Of a DNA stretch of 56,666 bases, positions 1-8,994 are shown piece by piece. The stretch lies in IMG/VR virus record IMGVR_UViG_3300030098_004888, positions 1 to 56,666 of that record. The stretch is one strand, 5' to 3'. Both the position numbers and the translations under genes were made by a program. The notes under the pieces were generated by a model, which was not told the origin of the DNA, did not search any database, and saw nothing but the letters and a program-made list of their open reading frames with translations. The DNA comes from a virus (lineage: Duplodnaviria; Caudoviricetes). The first letter of the stretch is position 1, and every line of letters starts with the position of its first letter.

Positions 1-93
1 TTAGAAAAGCCACACGATTGGGACTTATTATCTTTAGAAGAAAAAGAAAGTAGGTTAAATAAAGCACTGGAACAAATAACTAAAACTAAATAA
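1..93 (+). repeat. Exact copy of 56351-56443 (3' end of ORF 56240-56443); circular/bubble overlap
   Basis: 93 bp identical to 56351-56443, after which the two copies diverge. Confidence 0.95.
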
Positions 94-94
94 A

Positions 95-355
95 ATGAAA
101 GTAAAAATTCAACAAAGAAGTGTATATCACAAGTTCGCTGAGGTAGAAATAGATGTACCTAAAGATATTAAAGAGGAAGACATCCAAGATTATCTGGATG
201 ATAATGAACATCTATATGTGGACAAGATAGATAAAGCGATAAGTAAAGCTAAATATGAATATGGGTTTGGATTAGGAGATGGAATGGAAGATGAAAGAGA
301 GGAAAGCGAATGGAGATATGAATGTGAGAAACTAGAGTTAGGTGGACATTTATAA
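95..355 (+). CDS. Small acidic early protein (cassette allele A, gene 1)
   Basis: 86 aa ORF, A-rich leader, packed with neighbours. Confidence 0.8.
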   Translation: MKVKIQQRSVYHKFAEVEIDVPKDIKEEDIQDYLDDNEHLYVDKIDKAISKAKYEYGFGLGDGMEDEREESEWRYECEKLELGGHL

Positions 356-373
356 TAACTAAAAACTAAAACT

Positions 374-529
374 ATGGGTAACTTAATAAAAGAAAAAGGA
401 TTAACACATAAAGAAGTTGTGGAGATTGTAAGATTGTGGTATACCAATGGAATGTATAAAGATATTTTACAAGATGAAGATGGAAAAGATTTAGAAGAAA
501 TATGTGAGGATATTTTATATAACAACTAA
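374..529 (+). CDS. Small early protein MGNLIKEKG...ILYNN (allele A, gene 2; not in ORF track)
   Basis: 51 aa ORF read by hand, preceded by AAAACTAAAACT. Confidence 0.75.
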   Translation: MGNLIKEKGLTHKEVVEIVRLWYTNGMYKDILQDEDGKDLEEICEDILYNN

Positions 530-539
530 AACTAAAACT

Positions 540-707
540 ATGAAAGAAAAAACATTATCAGAACTTCAAAAACTAAAAGATAGGTTAGCTTGGTATGATT
601 TATTTGTGGATTATATTTATGAAATAGATAGTAATAAATATAATGAAGCGTGTGAATATGCAGATAACAAAATCTTTGATGTAATTAAACCAACTAAAAC
701 TAAATAA
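540..707 (+). CDS. Small early protein (start revised to ATG 540)
   Basis: AAAACTAAAACT-ATG start; the second copy at 56600 begins at the same ATG. Confidence 0.8.
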   Translation: MKEKTLSELQKLKDRLAWYDLFVDYIYEIDSNKYNEACEYADNKIFDVIKPTKTK

Positions 708-709
708 CT

Positions 710-940
710 ATGGAAATAAAAAAATTAATTAAAGAATTACAAGAGTGTTTAAAAGAGGGTAAAACTCACCTAACATTATTAGCAAACGCTACAAATGGAG
801 AAGATACAGATTTTGATATGTATATGAATGACCTAGAAGTATGGAAAGATGGAGAAGAAACTGCAACATTATTTATGAGCAATATAACAGAATTAGATGT
901 AAATGGAGAACCAATTAATCATAAACCAAAAAGAAAATAA
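710..940 (+). CDS. Small early hypothetical protein
   Basis: 76 aa, TAAATAACT-ATG junction. Confidence 0.8.
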   Translation: MEIKKLIKELQECLKEGKTHLTLLANATNGEDTDFDMYMNDLEVWKDGEETATLFMSNITELDVNGEPINHKPKRK

Positions 941-942
941 CT

Positions 943-1167
943 ATGGAAGTAAACGAAGCAAAAGAGTTTTTAAAATCAAAAGGTTATTATGTAGATAACC
1001 TATGGCATATAGAAGATGTTAAAGATATTAGACCTAATAACCTAACAGATGAACAAGCATATGAGATATTAGATAAAGCAATGAACAATGAATATCTAAT
1101 GAACGAAACTTGGGAAACAATAGATATTATATATAATGATTTATACAAAACAATTAAAACTAAATAA
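943..1167 (+). CDS. Small early hypothetical protein
   Basis: 74 aa, AAATAACT-ATG junction. Confidence 0.8.
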   Translation: MEVNEAKEFLKSKGYYVDNLWHIEDVKDIRPNNLTDEQAYEILDKAMNNEYLMNETWETIDIIYNDLYKTIKTK

Positions 1168-1169
1168 CT

Positions 1170-1571
1170 ATGGAAAAAGACAAAAGAATACTAGAATTTA
1201 AAATTAATATAGTAGAATTAGCTACTACATTAGCACACAAAAGATTAACAGAAATACTTCCTGATGAGATTATAATAGAAGATGAGCATATGACTAAATA
1301 TACAGAGGAAGGACAAATAAGATTTGATGAGCTATACAACGAGTATTGGGATGAGATTGCTGATGCAATGATATATCCTTGCTATACTGGAGAAAAGTTT
1401 TATACTATATTCCAAAAGACAACTGATAAACTTTATGGTTTACACGAATATGATATAATAGAAAGAGTATGGGATAGCCAAAGCGAAGAAATGTATAGGA
1501 TAGACCCTATGAGAAAAATGTTTAGAACAAGGGGAGAGGCAGAAGAATATGTAAAAGAAATAACAGAATAG
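1170..1571 (+). CDS. Early hypothetical protein
   Basis: 133 aa, TAAATAACT-ATG junction. Confidence 0.8.
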   Translation: MEKDKRILEFKINIVELATTLAHKRLTEILPDEIIIEDEHMTKYTEEGQIRFDELYNEYWDEIADAMIYPCYTGEKFYTIFQKTTDKLYGLHEYDIIERVWDSQSEEMYRIDPMRKMFRTRGEAEEYVKEITE

Positions 1572-1573
1572 CT

Positions 1574-1828
1574 ATGGATAGTATAAAAGATAGGGTATCA
1601 AAGTTTAACCCAAATGCATTAACAGCAGATGGTTTTGATGAAGCTATAATGGGTATGTCTTTAAAGATAGGAAGAAAACCATTAGTAGCATACGACTATG
1701 AAAAATGTATATCTATACTTATTGATAGAGATGATATGACTAGGGAGGAAGCAGAAGAATATATGGATTTCAATGTTCTAGGTGCTTATATGGGGGAAGG
1801 AACTCCTGTATTTATATTAACTATTTAA
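1574..1828 (+). CDS. Conserved phage hypothetical protein
   Basis: ADGFDEAIxG...EA.EY.DFNV.GAY.GE.TP motif, recognised from a widespread phage family. Confidence 0.8.
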   Translation: MDSIKDRVSKFNPNALTADGFDEAIMGMSLKIGRKPLVAYDYEKCISILIDRDDMTREEAEEYMDFNVLGAYMGEGTPVFILTI

Positions 1829-1837
1829 TTTAAAATT

Positions 1838-2077
1838 ATGGAAATAAAATTAGATTCACAAACATACATTGTAGACTATACACACGAAGAGGGTATGAAA
1901 AGTACAGACCCCTATATGATGCCAGATGACCCAGATGAAATAACTATTAATGAGGTTCATTGGGTAAGTGTAGATGAGTATGGTAATGAAACAATTCACG
2001 ACATAACAGATATGTATCACGAAAGGTTTGATGGTGAATTAGAAGACAAACTATGGGAAAAAATAAATAATAACTAA
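1838..2077 (+). CDS. Small early hypothetical protein
   Basis: 79 aa, AAAATT-ATG start. Confidence 0.75.
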   Translation: MEIKLDSQTYIVDYTHEEGMKSTDPYMMPDDPDEITINEVHWVSVDEYGNETIHDITDMYHERFDGELEDKLWEKINNN

Positions 2078-2079
2078 TA

Positions 2080-2097
2080 TTAGGGACAAGTCCCTAA
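2080..2097. promoter_or_regulatory. Palindromic operator-like site TTAGGGAC-AA-GTCCCTAA
   Basis: Perfect 8-bp arms; repeated at 50762, 51532, 51835 and 54938. Confidence 0.75.
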
Positions 2098-2121
2098 ATT
2101 AAAAATCACTATATTTATATT

Positions 2122-2520
2122 ATGAAGAAACACGAAATAAAACTAAAGGTAAGCGAGGAAGAACTAAACGAAATACTTGATGCTAATATGAGTAACAATG
2201 ATATGGTTGAAGCATTGATGTGTCAAGCAACAGGCAGTTTGTCTAGGTTTCTATCTAACAATGGGTTTAAAAAACATTTTCTAAAAAACTTGGGGGAAGT
2301 TATATTAAAACATCTTGTAAAAGATTTTGATAAAAAGAAATCTCTTGGTGCTCAGGATATGAGTGATATTTTTGACTTTGAGGACTTACTAACATTCTAT
2401 GTGTCTATTGACCCAGAAAGAAATACTGAAAAAATAAAGAGTTGCTTCACAGAAAAAAACCCAATAAAGTTTCTAATTGAAGACCTTCAATACTGGTTAA
2501 ACAAGGGGGATTGTGAATAA
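2122..2520 (+). CDS. Hypothetical protein
   Basis: 132 aa; TATATTTA at 2110-2117 lies 4 nt upstream of the ATG. Confidence 0.75.
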   Translation: MKKHEIKLKVSEEELNEILDANMSNNDMVEALMCQATGSLSRFLSNNGFKKHFLKNLGEVILKHLVKDFDKKKSLGAQDMSDIFDFEDLLTFYVSIDPERNTEKIKSCFTEKNPIKFLIEDLQYWLNKGDCE

Positions 2521-2559
2521 CTTTTAATAACTATTTATTAACAATATAATACAATTTAC

Positions 2560-2567
2560 TATATTTG
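2560..2567 (+). promoter_or_regulatory. Bacteroidota sigma-A -7 element (TATATTTG) for the recombination/replication operon
   Basis: Matches TAnnTTTG in an intergenic gap; DnaA-box-like 9-mers at 2512 and 2535. Confidence 0.7.
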
Positions 2568-2603
2568 TATCCACTATAATTTAATTAACTAAAACTTAAA
2601 ACT

Positions 2604-3116
2604 ATGAAAACTATCAAGATTAAAGGGAAGGACTATGTTGAAGTGAATGAGAGAATTAAACACTTCAGAAAAAACTACCCAAACTTTTCACTATCATCAC
2701 GAATCGTTGAAATTGATGCAGAAACTTGCATTATTAAAGCAGAGATTAGAAACGAATCAGGTGATGTTGTAGCTACTGGTCATGCTCACGAAGAGAAGTC
2801 AGCAGGATATATTAACAAAACTTCTTTTGTTGAAAACTGCGAAACATCTGCTTGGGGTAGAGCATTGGGCAACTTTGGTATTGGTATTGATACTTCTATT
2901 GCTTCAGCAGATGAGGTTGATATTGCTATTAAAAAGCAAAACACTAAACCATCAGCAAATGGTGTAGATAAAAAAACAAAGCTAACAAAGAAACAATTTG
3001 ATGGCATGATGCAGTTTATAATTGATGGCAAGAAAGCACAAGTAATGAGTGCTATGAAGAAATATGATATGAGTAGTGAGCAATCTAAAGCAATAAACGA
3101 AGCATTACTTAAATGA
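2604..3116 (+). CDS. Putative single-strand annealing protein (Rad52/Sak-like)
   Basis: GKxYVxVxERI and ENCETSAWGRAL motifs; adjacent to exonuclease and SSB. Confidence 0.65.
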   Translation: MKTIKIKGKDYVEVNERIKHFRKNYPNFSLSSRIVEIDAETCIIKAEIRNESGDVVATGHAHEEKSAGYINKTSFVENCETSAWGRALGNFGIGIDTSIASADEVDIAIKKQNTKPSANGVDKKTKLTKKQFDGMMQFIIDGKKAQVMSAMKKYDMSSEQSKAINEALLK

Positions 3117-3250
3117 AAAAACTAAAACTAAACTTCACAACATACAAAGGATTGGCTATGGGTTTTGTATGGGTAGATAATCACTTTGAAAAAGGAATTT
3201 GTTTTATACTTCCATTTTTCAGTATTGATTTTATGAAGAAGAAAAGATAA
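3113..3250 (+). CDS. Small hypothetical protein (45 aa, not in ORF track)
   Basis: ATGA overlap with upstream stop; fills the gap exactly. Confidence 0.55.
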   Translation: MKKLKLNFTTYKGLAMGFVWVDNHFEKGICFILPFFSIDFMKKKR

Positions 3251-3254
3251 AACT

Positions 3255-4016
3255 ATGGACTTAACAAAATTTATTAACAAGTTTGCTTGTGATGAAGCAT
3301 ACTACGGAGACCACGACTTTATAACTAACAGTCAAATGGGTCACTTAAAAAAGTCTCCACTAGCTTATCAAAAGTATAAAAAACATGGAATGCCTGATAC
3401 TAATGCTCTTATATTTGGTAGAGCATTTCACTGGGCAATACTAGAACCTGAAAAGTTTGAAGAGAAAACACACATATTTACTGGCAAGGTTAGGAGAGGT
3501 AAAGCTTGGGATGAGTTTAAAGAAGAGTATGATAAGGATGCTAATTGCATATTACTACAAAATGAATACGATGATTTAAAGTGTATGCAAGATGTTATAA
3601 TGAGTAATGCAGAATGTCAAGAACTATTATACGGTGGTAAAAACGAAGCAGTAAGTTGTTGGGAGGATGAAGATTCAGGGGTTTTTTGTAAAGGGAAAGC
3701 CGACAAAGTAAAAAAAGATTGTGTTATTGATTTGAAGACAACATCAAGTGGCGAGTTACACTCTTTTAAGGGGTCTGCTTATAAGTATGGTTATAACAGA
3801 CAGAGTGCGTTTTATATGGATGGTTTCAATAAAAACAAGTTTATATTTATTGTTATTGAAAAATCTTCTCCCTACAACTTATATATATATGATTGTAGTG
3901 ACCAGTTTGTAGAAAGTGGCAGAGAAGAATATAAATATCTACTGGATGTTTACAGAGAATATTTTATAGATGAAATTAAAGTACCTAGTCAATATTATTA
4001 CAAAGGATTATTATAA
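3255..4016 (+). CDS. PD-(D/E)XK exonuclease, RecE/exonuclease VIII-like (DUF3799-type)
   Basis: GRAFHxAILEP, KGKAD, IDLKTT, YxRQxAFY and IEK motifs. Confidence 0.85.
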   Translation: MDLTKFINKFACDEAYYGDHDFITNSQMGHLKKSPLAYQKYKKHGMPDTNALIFGRAFHWAILEPEKFEEKTHIFTGKVRRGKAWDEFKEEYDKDANCILLQNEYDDLKCMQDVIMSNAECQELLYGGKNEAVSCWEDEDSGVFCKGKADKVKKDCVIDLKTTSSGELHSFKGSAYKYGYNRQSAFYMDGFNKNKFIFIVIEKSSPYNLYIYDCSDQFVESGREEYKYLLDVYREYFIDEIKVPSQYYYKGLL

Positions 4017-4026
4017 AAACTAAAAC

Positions 4027-4464
4027 ATGAAAAGCTATAGATTATTAGACGAAATATTAGATGCTTGTGCAGAGTATGTTGACATACCTCCTGAAGATTT
4101 AAGAACTAGAAGAAGAGACAGAATATCTGTAGATGCTAGAAGGGTAGCAGTAAATCTATTTAAAAAATTAAGACCACACTCTACCTTATCTACCATTGGA
4201 AGTATGATTGGTAGAGACCATTCTTTAATAGTATACTTGTTAGCTAACCACAATTCTTTAATGGAAACCGATAATACATATAAAGATTTTTATGATTGTA
4301 TGTATATGGTTTTTGAAAACAGAAAAGATGTTAACGAGACTTCCCCTCTTGAGGATTTGCTAAATAAACATAAAAAACTAAAAACAGAGTACGAAAATTT
4401 AAGACAAGAATATTTAACAATGGAATCTAATTACAATAAAATCAAACAATTAACTAATTATTAA
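4027..4464 (+). CDS. DnaA domain IV-like helix-turn-helix protein with C-terminal coiled coil
   Basis: DL.TRRR.R....AR.....L.......TL..IG...GRDHS.I.Y pattern of the DnaA C-terminal domain. Confidence 0.75.
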   Translation: MKSYRLLDEILDACAEYVDIPPEDLRTRRRDRISVDARRVAVNLFKKLRPHSTLSTIGSMIGRDHSLIVYLLANHNSLMETDNTYKDFYDCMYMVFENRKDVNETSPLEDLLNKHKKLKTEYENLRQEYLTMESNYNKIKQLTNY

Positions 4465-4481
4465 CTTTAAAATTAAAAACA

Positions 4482-4754
4482 ATGAGTGAAACAAAAACAA
4501 CAACAGAAAAAATCTATGTAGGTTCAGGTAAGAGAGTTAAAGATTTTGATATGGTAAATATCACAATCAATCTTACTAAATTATCTCAAGAAGGTAAAGA
4601 GTTCTTCTTTGAGTATGATGGTAACAAGTATGCTAAACTAAATGTAGTTGGTAAAAAAGAAACTGATGAGTATGGTAAAACACACTATGTTGCAGTGGAT
4701 ACTTTTAAGCCTGAAGCTAAAGATGAAAAAAGTGGTAACGACCTACCATTCTAA
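4482..4754 (+). CDS. Putative single-stranded DNA-binding protein
   Basis: Small beta-rich protein with SSB-like DLPF C-terminus, in the replication cluster. Confidence 0.6.
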   Translation: MSETKTTTEKIYVGSGKRVKDFDMVNITINLTKLSQEGKEFFFEYDGNKYAKLNVVGKKETDEYGKTHYVAVDTFKPEAKDEKSGNDLPF

Positions 4755-4816
4755 ATTTTAAAAAATAAGTCACAATCTTTTTCATATGCGTAAAAAGTCA
4801 ATGTTAATAATAACTT

Positions 4817-4848
4817 GAGGGGTTGGTGACTTGCCCCTCTTTTTTTTT
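4817..4848 (+). terminator. Intrinsic terminator after SSB
   Basis: GAGGGG...CCCCTC stem followed by T9. Confidence 0.75.
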
Positions 4849-4856
4849 CTAAAACT

Positions 4857-4994
4857 ATGGTAATTAATAACTTTGGTCTATATATTACATACTTTTGTAT
4901 GCTTTTAACTGCACCCATAACAATTTTGTTTATGCTACCTATATTAATACCTTCTTTTATACTTAATGTTTATAAAAAAATATACAGAAAATGA
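4857..4994 (+). CDS. Small hydrophobic protein (45 aa, not in ORF track)
   Basis: AAAACT-ATG start; ATGA overlap with next gene. Confidence 0.55.
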   Translation: MVINNFGLYITYFCMLLTAPITILFMLPILIPSFILNVYKKIYRK

Positions 4995-5212
4995 GACATA
5001 AATTAAAAATAACAGACACAGATGTTGTCAACCTATTTAATATTGATTTTTATGAGGTTGATGGAAGAAAAATAATATTCTATTCAAAAGGGGCTAAATA
5101 TGATTCTATATTTGATTCAGAAAAAGAAGCATTATTGGTATTTGAAAAGATAAATAAATGTACTTCAGTTGAAGACTTAACTAAAGATAGAGCTAGAGTA
5201 AGAGAATGGTAA
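4991..5212 (+). CDS. Hypothetical protein
   Basis: 73 aa, overlaps the dnaB start. Confidence 0.7.
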   Translation: MRHKLKITDTDVVNLFNIDFYEVDGRKIIFYSKGAKYDSIFDSEKEALLVFEKINKCTSVEDLTKDRARVREW

Positions 5213-6525
5213 TCACATTTCCAAATAATAAACTAATTGAAAACACTGTTATTGGTTCATTGATGTCTGATGAAAAGGCATTAGTGAATAATATAAGGTT
5301 TTTAGAGGAGGATTGTTTTTATGACACTATAAATAAAAACATATTCAAATCTATAATAAACTTATTTAAAGATAACAAAAGCGTGGACTTAATGTCTGTG
5401 CATGCTCAATTAAAAAAAGATGGTTGTGATATAGAATATAGAAAGTTGGTTGATTTAGCAACCAGTACAGAAAACTACAGGATAACAGATAAGTGCCTTA
5501 TACTTAAAGAATATGCCATAAGGAGAAATCTTATAATATCCTGCAATGAGATAAGTAAAAAATCATTTGATGAATCAGAAGATGTTTTAGAAACTCTTGA
5601 AGAATCATCAAAAGCTATTGACAATATATCTATGATTGTCAACGTAAACCAATTCAATCCTATTGATAGGGTATTGGTTGAATCTGTAAAAGAAATAGAA
5701 GAAGCTGGCAAAAAAGATGGGGTTGTTCGTGGGGTGACAAGTGGCTTCTATGATATAGATAAGATTACTTCTGGGTGGGGTAAATCTGATTTAATTATAG
5801 TAGCTGCTAGACCTTCTATGGGTAAGTCATCAATGGCTAGGAGCTTTATATTAAATGCTTGCATAAAGCAAGAAGCAAATATTGCATTCTTTTCTTTGGA
5901 GGAGAGTAGAGCACAAATAGGTAAAAAGTTTATATCTGCTGTATCTGAAGTTCCTTATGAAAGAATTAAGCTTGGAAACCTAAGTGATAAGGAGTGGTCA
6001 AAAATACATAGTGCTATTAGAGAATTAGAGAATCTTAATTTAACCATTGACGACACAAGTGGTTTGAGTGTTTTTGAATTAAAAAGCAAATGTAGAATGC
6101 TAAACCACAAAAAGAAACTAGATATGGTTGTTATTGATTATCTACAACTAATGAGGGGTGAGGTTAAAAAGAATGCTAACAGAGAGCAAGAGATTAGTTA
6201 TATATCTAGGAGCCTGAAGGGACTAGCTAAAGATTTAAATATACCAGTAATAGCATTAGCTCAACTATCAAGAGCAGTAGAAATACGTTCAGATAAAAAA
6301 CCAATGCTATCTGATTTAAGGGAATCAGGCTCACTAGAGCAGGATGCAGATATAGTTTCATTTATATACCGACCTGACTACTATGGCATTACAGAAGTTG
6401 ATGGTCAGGATATAACTGGTCAAACTAAATTCATAATTGCTAAACATAGAAGTGGAGAACTTGGAGAACCTAAGTTGCAATTTCAAGCACAAAAAGCTAA
6501 ATTTACAGAAATAAATTTATTTTAA
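5206..6525 (+). CDS. dnaB: Replicative DNA helicase DnaB
   Basis: AARPSMGKS Walker A, FSLE, IDYLQL, AQLSR, DLRESGSLEQDAD, IAKHR. Confidence 0.97.
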   Translation: MVITFPNNKLIENTVIGSLMSDEKALVNNIRFLEEDCFYDTINKNIFKSIINLFKDNKSVDLMSVHAQLKKDGCDIEYRKLVDLATSTENYRITDKCLILKEYAIRRNLIISCNEISKKSFDESEDVLETLEESSKAIDNISMIVNVNQFNPIDRVLVESVKEIEEAGKKDGVVRGVTSGFYDIDKITSGWGKSDLIIVAARPSMGKSSMARSFILNACIKQEANIAFFSLEESRAQIGKKFISAVSEVPYERIKLGNLSDKEWSKIHSAIRELENLNLTIDDTSGLSVFELKSKCRMLNHKKKLDMVVIDYLQLMRGEVKKNANREQEISYISRSLKGLAKDLNIPVIALAQLSRAVEIRSDKKPMLSDLRESGSLEQDADIVSFIYRPDYYGITEVDGQDITGQTKFIIAKHRSGELGEPKLQFQAQKAKFTEINLF

Positions 6526-6543
6526 TAACTAAAATTAAACACA

Positions 6544-6840
6544 ATGGCAAAAAGAAAAACACCAAAAGTTAAAAAAGAAAAACAACAAAAAGTTAATCCA
6601 CAAAAAGCTAGGGAAGATTATATGTCTAAGATGGCAGAAGATGTTCGCAAGCTTAGAGACAGCATAGTAAAAGAAGACAAAGAGCTAGGTATAAAGTTAG
6701 ACCTATACGCTGTCCTTTATAAAAATCTTTTACTAGAACACTACAAAACATTAAACATACACTATAACGATGATGAAGAAACAGAAAGCAAAAAACAATC
6801 TGTTATACTTGACAAGGATGGTAAACCAGCAAAAAAATGA
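6544..6840 (+). CDS. Hypothetical protein
   Basis: 98 aa ORF in operon. Confidence 0.7.
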   Translation: MAKRKTPKVKKEKQQKVNPQKAREDYMSKMAEDVRKLRDSIVKEDKELGIKLDLYAVLYKNLLLEHYKTLNIHYNDDEETESKKQSVILDKDGKPAKK

Positions 6841-6926
6841 AAAGAATAATTTCAAACTTTTTCCCTGATATGGTAATATTGTTTTTAACAATAATGCTTT
6901 TAATTTTAGTTTTAATGTCTTGGTAG
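6837..6926 (+). CDS. Possible 29-aa membrane peptide MKRIISNFFPDMVILFLTIMLLILVLMSW
   Basis: ATGA overlap upstream; stop abuts the next ATG. Confidence 0.45.
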   Translation: MKRIISNFFPDMVILFLTIMLLILVLMSW

Positions 6927-7757
6927 ATGGAAGATTCAATTTATGATTCTGATATAGAATTTCATGTATTTAAATACAAAACTAAAAAGGGTCGCAGATA
7001 TTTATCTAAAAAATTTGAACAGAAAACTATATCAACTACTGTTACAGTTGTAGATATAGATGATGCTCAATCAAATGTCTACCTCCTTAAAAGAATGGCG
7101 AGGTCGGCTGGCTTAAACCCAAATGCATTAAACACCGAATATAAAATAAAGATTGCTAAGTTTACTCTTGGTAAAAAAGTTGGTGTAAAAAGCAGACCAA
7201 ATTTAAAGATGGAAAAAGATTATAGGGATGTAGAAAAGTTGTATGGTATTTTAAACGAACCAAACATACTTGATGAAAGAAACTTTGAGGATGACTTAAA
7301 GCTTGGTGAAGAAAATGAAATGGTTGTTTCTAGGTTTCTAGAAAGCAAAGGTATGAGGTATATATCTAGTTGCACATATAAAGAATATGATTTACTTATG
7401 TGTGACAAAGATGATAACGAGGTGAAGTTTGAAGTAAAAACAGATGTGTTAGTTACTAAAGATAATGATACTGGGAATATAGTAATAGAGATTAGGTATA
7501 AGGGTAATCCTAGTGGTATATCGTCAACAGAAGCCAAATGGTTTGTTTATTATTATGCAAACCTAGACAAAGAAAATTTATGGATGATAAAGGTTGACGA
7601 CCTTAAAAAATTAATTAAGGATAATAAATTTAAAATAGTTATGGGTGGTGACAACAATGACTCCGAACTTGTTTTAATAAAAAGATATGATTACATTAGC
7701 AAGTTCAAAGTATATAATCTATGCCAAAAAGAAAATACAAAAGGAAAAAACCTATAA
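6927..7757 (+). CDS. Protein with C-terminal PD-(D/E)XK nuclease domain
   Basis: LxLGEENE...YDLL...FEVKTD...GNIVIE motif. Confidence 0.7.
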   Translation: MEDSIYDSDIEFHVFKYKTKKGRRYLSKKFEQKTISTTVTVVDIDDAQSNVYLLKRMARSAGLNPNALNTEYKIKIAKFTLGKKVGVKSRPNLKMEKDYRDVEKLYGILNEPNILDERNFEDDLKLGEENEMVVSRFLESKGMRYISSCTYKEYDLLMCDKDDNEVKFEVKTDVLVTKDNDTGNIVIEIRYKGNPSGISSTEAKWFVYYYANLDKENLWMIKVDDLKKLIKDNKFKIVMGGDNNDSELVLIKRYDYISKFKVYNLCQKENTKGKNL

Positions 7758-8194
7758 ATAAAAAGGTTAGAAATGCAACTGTTTGCAGAAAAGATGGTAT
7801 AGAATTTAAATCTAAACTAGAACTATATACTTATACTAAGCTGAAACAGAGTAACTTAGGAGGGGAATATGAGAAACACAGATTTGATTTACTTGAAAAG
7901 TTTGAGTTTAAAGGAGAAAGTGTGGAAAAGCACAAGAAAAGAGGAGAGTATATATATGATAAAATTAGTAATAAGATTAGGGCAATAACATATACACCAG
8001 ATTTTGTTAACATAGATGATAGATGGATAATAGAGTGCAAAGGATATGCAAATGAACAGTTCCCATTAAGGTGGAAGTTGTTTAAAAAAATGATAAATGA
8101 CAATGGATTGGATTTTGATTTATACTTACCAACAAACCAAACACAAGTAGAAGAAACAATAAAATTAATTAATATTAAGAAACATGGTTCTTGA
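7721..8194 (+). CDS. DUF1064/endonuclease I-like nuclease (possible resolvase)
   Basis: DGIEFKSKLE...YTPDF...IIECKG. Confidence 0.8.
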   Translation: MPKRKYKRKKPINKKVRNATVCRKDGIEFKSKLELYTYTKLKQSNLGGEYEKHRFDLLEKFEFKGESVEKHKKRGEYIYDKISNKIRAITYTPDFVNIDDRWIIECKGYANEQFPLRWKLFKKMINDNGLDFDLYLPTNQTQVEETIKLINIKKHGS

Positions 8195-8209
8195 TAATAT
8201 AACTGTAGT

Positions 8210-8626
8210 TTGGCCTTAAAAACCAAAAATAAAAAGTGTACTACATGCAAGAAAGTAAAGGAAGAAAAAGATTTTCCTAGGGGTACTCGTGGGGCTGTTT
8301 GTAAAGACTGTAAAAATAAATATGCCAGAAGAGTATATGACCCTGAAAAGCAAAGAGAAAAATTATATATAAGGAGATATGGTATTACCATTAAAGATTA
8401 TAACGAAATGTATATATCACAAGATGGAAAGTGTGCTATATGCAGAAAGGGAAAAACAATAAAAAATAATTTTTATGTTGACCATTGCCACAAAACAAAA
8501 AAGGTTAGGGGTTTGTTGTGTATGAGATGTAATTCTGGTATAGGTTATTTTAAAGATGATGAATCTTTAATGAAAAAAGCTATAGTGTATTTAAAAAACT
8601 CAACTAAAAATATAATTGTAAATTAG
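8210..8626 (+). CDS. Recombination endonuclease VII-family (His-Me) nuclease
   Basis: CxxC pairs, Q.GKCAIC, VDHCH, VRGLLCxxCN. Confidence 0.9.
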   Translation: MALKTKNKKCTTCKKVKEEKDFPRGTRGAVCKDCKNKYARRVYDPEKQREKLYIRRYGITIKDYNEMYISQDGKCAICRKGKTIKNNFYVDHCHKTKKVRGLLCMRCNSGIGYFKDDESLMKKAIVYLKNSTKNIIVN

Positions 8627-8994
8627 TTTATCTTATCTAAAAGAATAGCAGAGCCTATTATTGAGCCTGCACCTATGAAAAACCACAACCCCTTTTTATC
8701 ATACCACTTTGGTTTTATTTCTTTATTTAGTTTCATATACAAATCAACTCTATCATTCAATAGGGATAACTCCTGGTTTGTATAAAATAAAAGTGTTGAG
8801 TCTAGTCTTGCTTGTTGCTTGTATAGGTCTACTTGTTTGTCTAATAAAGAAATGGTGTGACCTTGAATAGAATCATTCTGCTCGTACCAAGTCATAATAG
8901 AATCTAGCTTAACAACCTCTTCATCTGTTAATGTAGTTTGTGCAAGGGAGTGGCTTGACAACATAATTAATATAGCGAGTATTCGCTTAATCAT
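8623..8994 (-). CDS. Signal-peptide coiled-coil protein with C-terminal TM (spanin-like candidate)
   Basis: N-terminal signal, coiled coil, KWY...hydrophobic tail; next to holin candidate. Confidence 0.55.
   Translation of the reverse strand: MIKRILAILIMLSSHSLAQTTLTDEEVVKLDSIMTWYEQNDSIQGHTISLLDKQVDLYKQQARLDSTLLFYTNQELSLLNDRVDLYMKLNKEIKPKWYDKKGLWFFIGAGSIIGSAILLDKIN

Noticed and set aside
1-93. Direct terminal repeat of a linear genome
   Set aside because: The match is to internal 56351-56443, not the contig end, and a second overlap exists; this fits an assembly bubble better.
504-539. ORF-track start at 504
   Set aside because: The extension overlaps ORF 374-529 and translates the linker; allele B supports ATG 540.
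6900-6914. TTAATTTTAGTTTTA as another anti-leader seed
   Set aside because: Lies within a plausible hydrophobic peptide ORF (LILVL) and lacks CAT, promoter and terminator.
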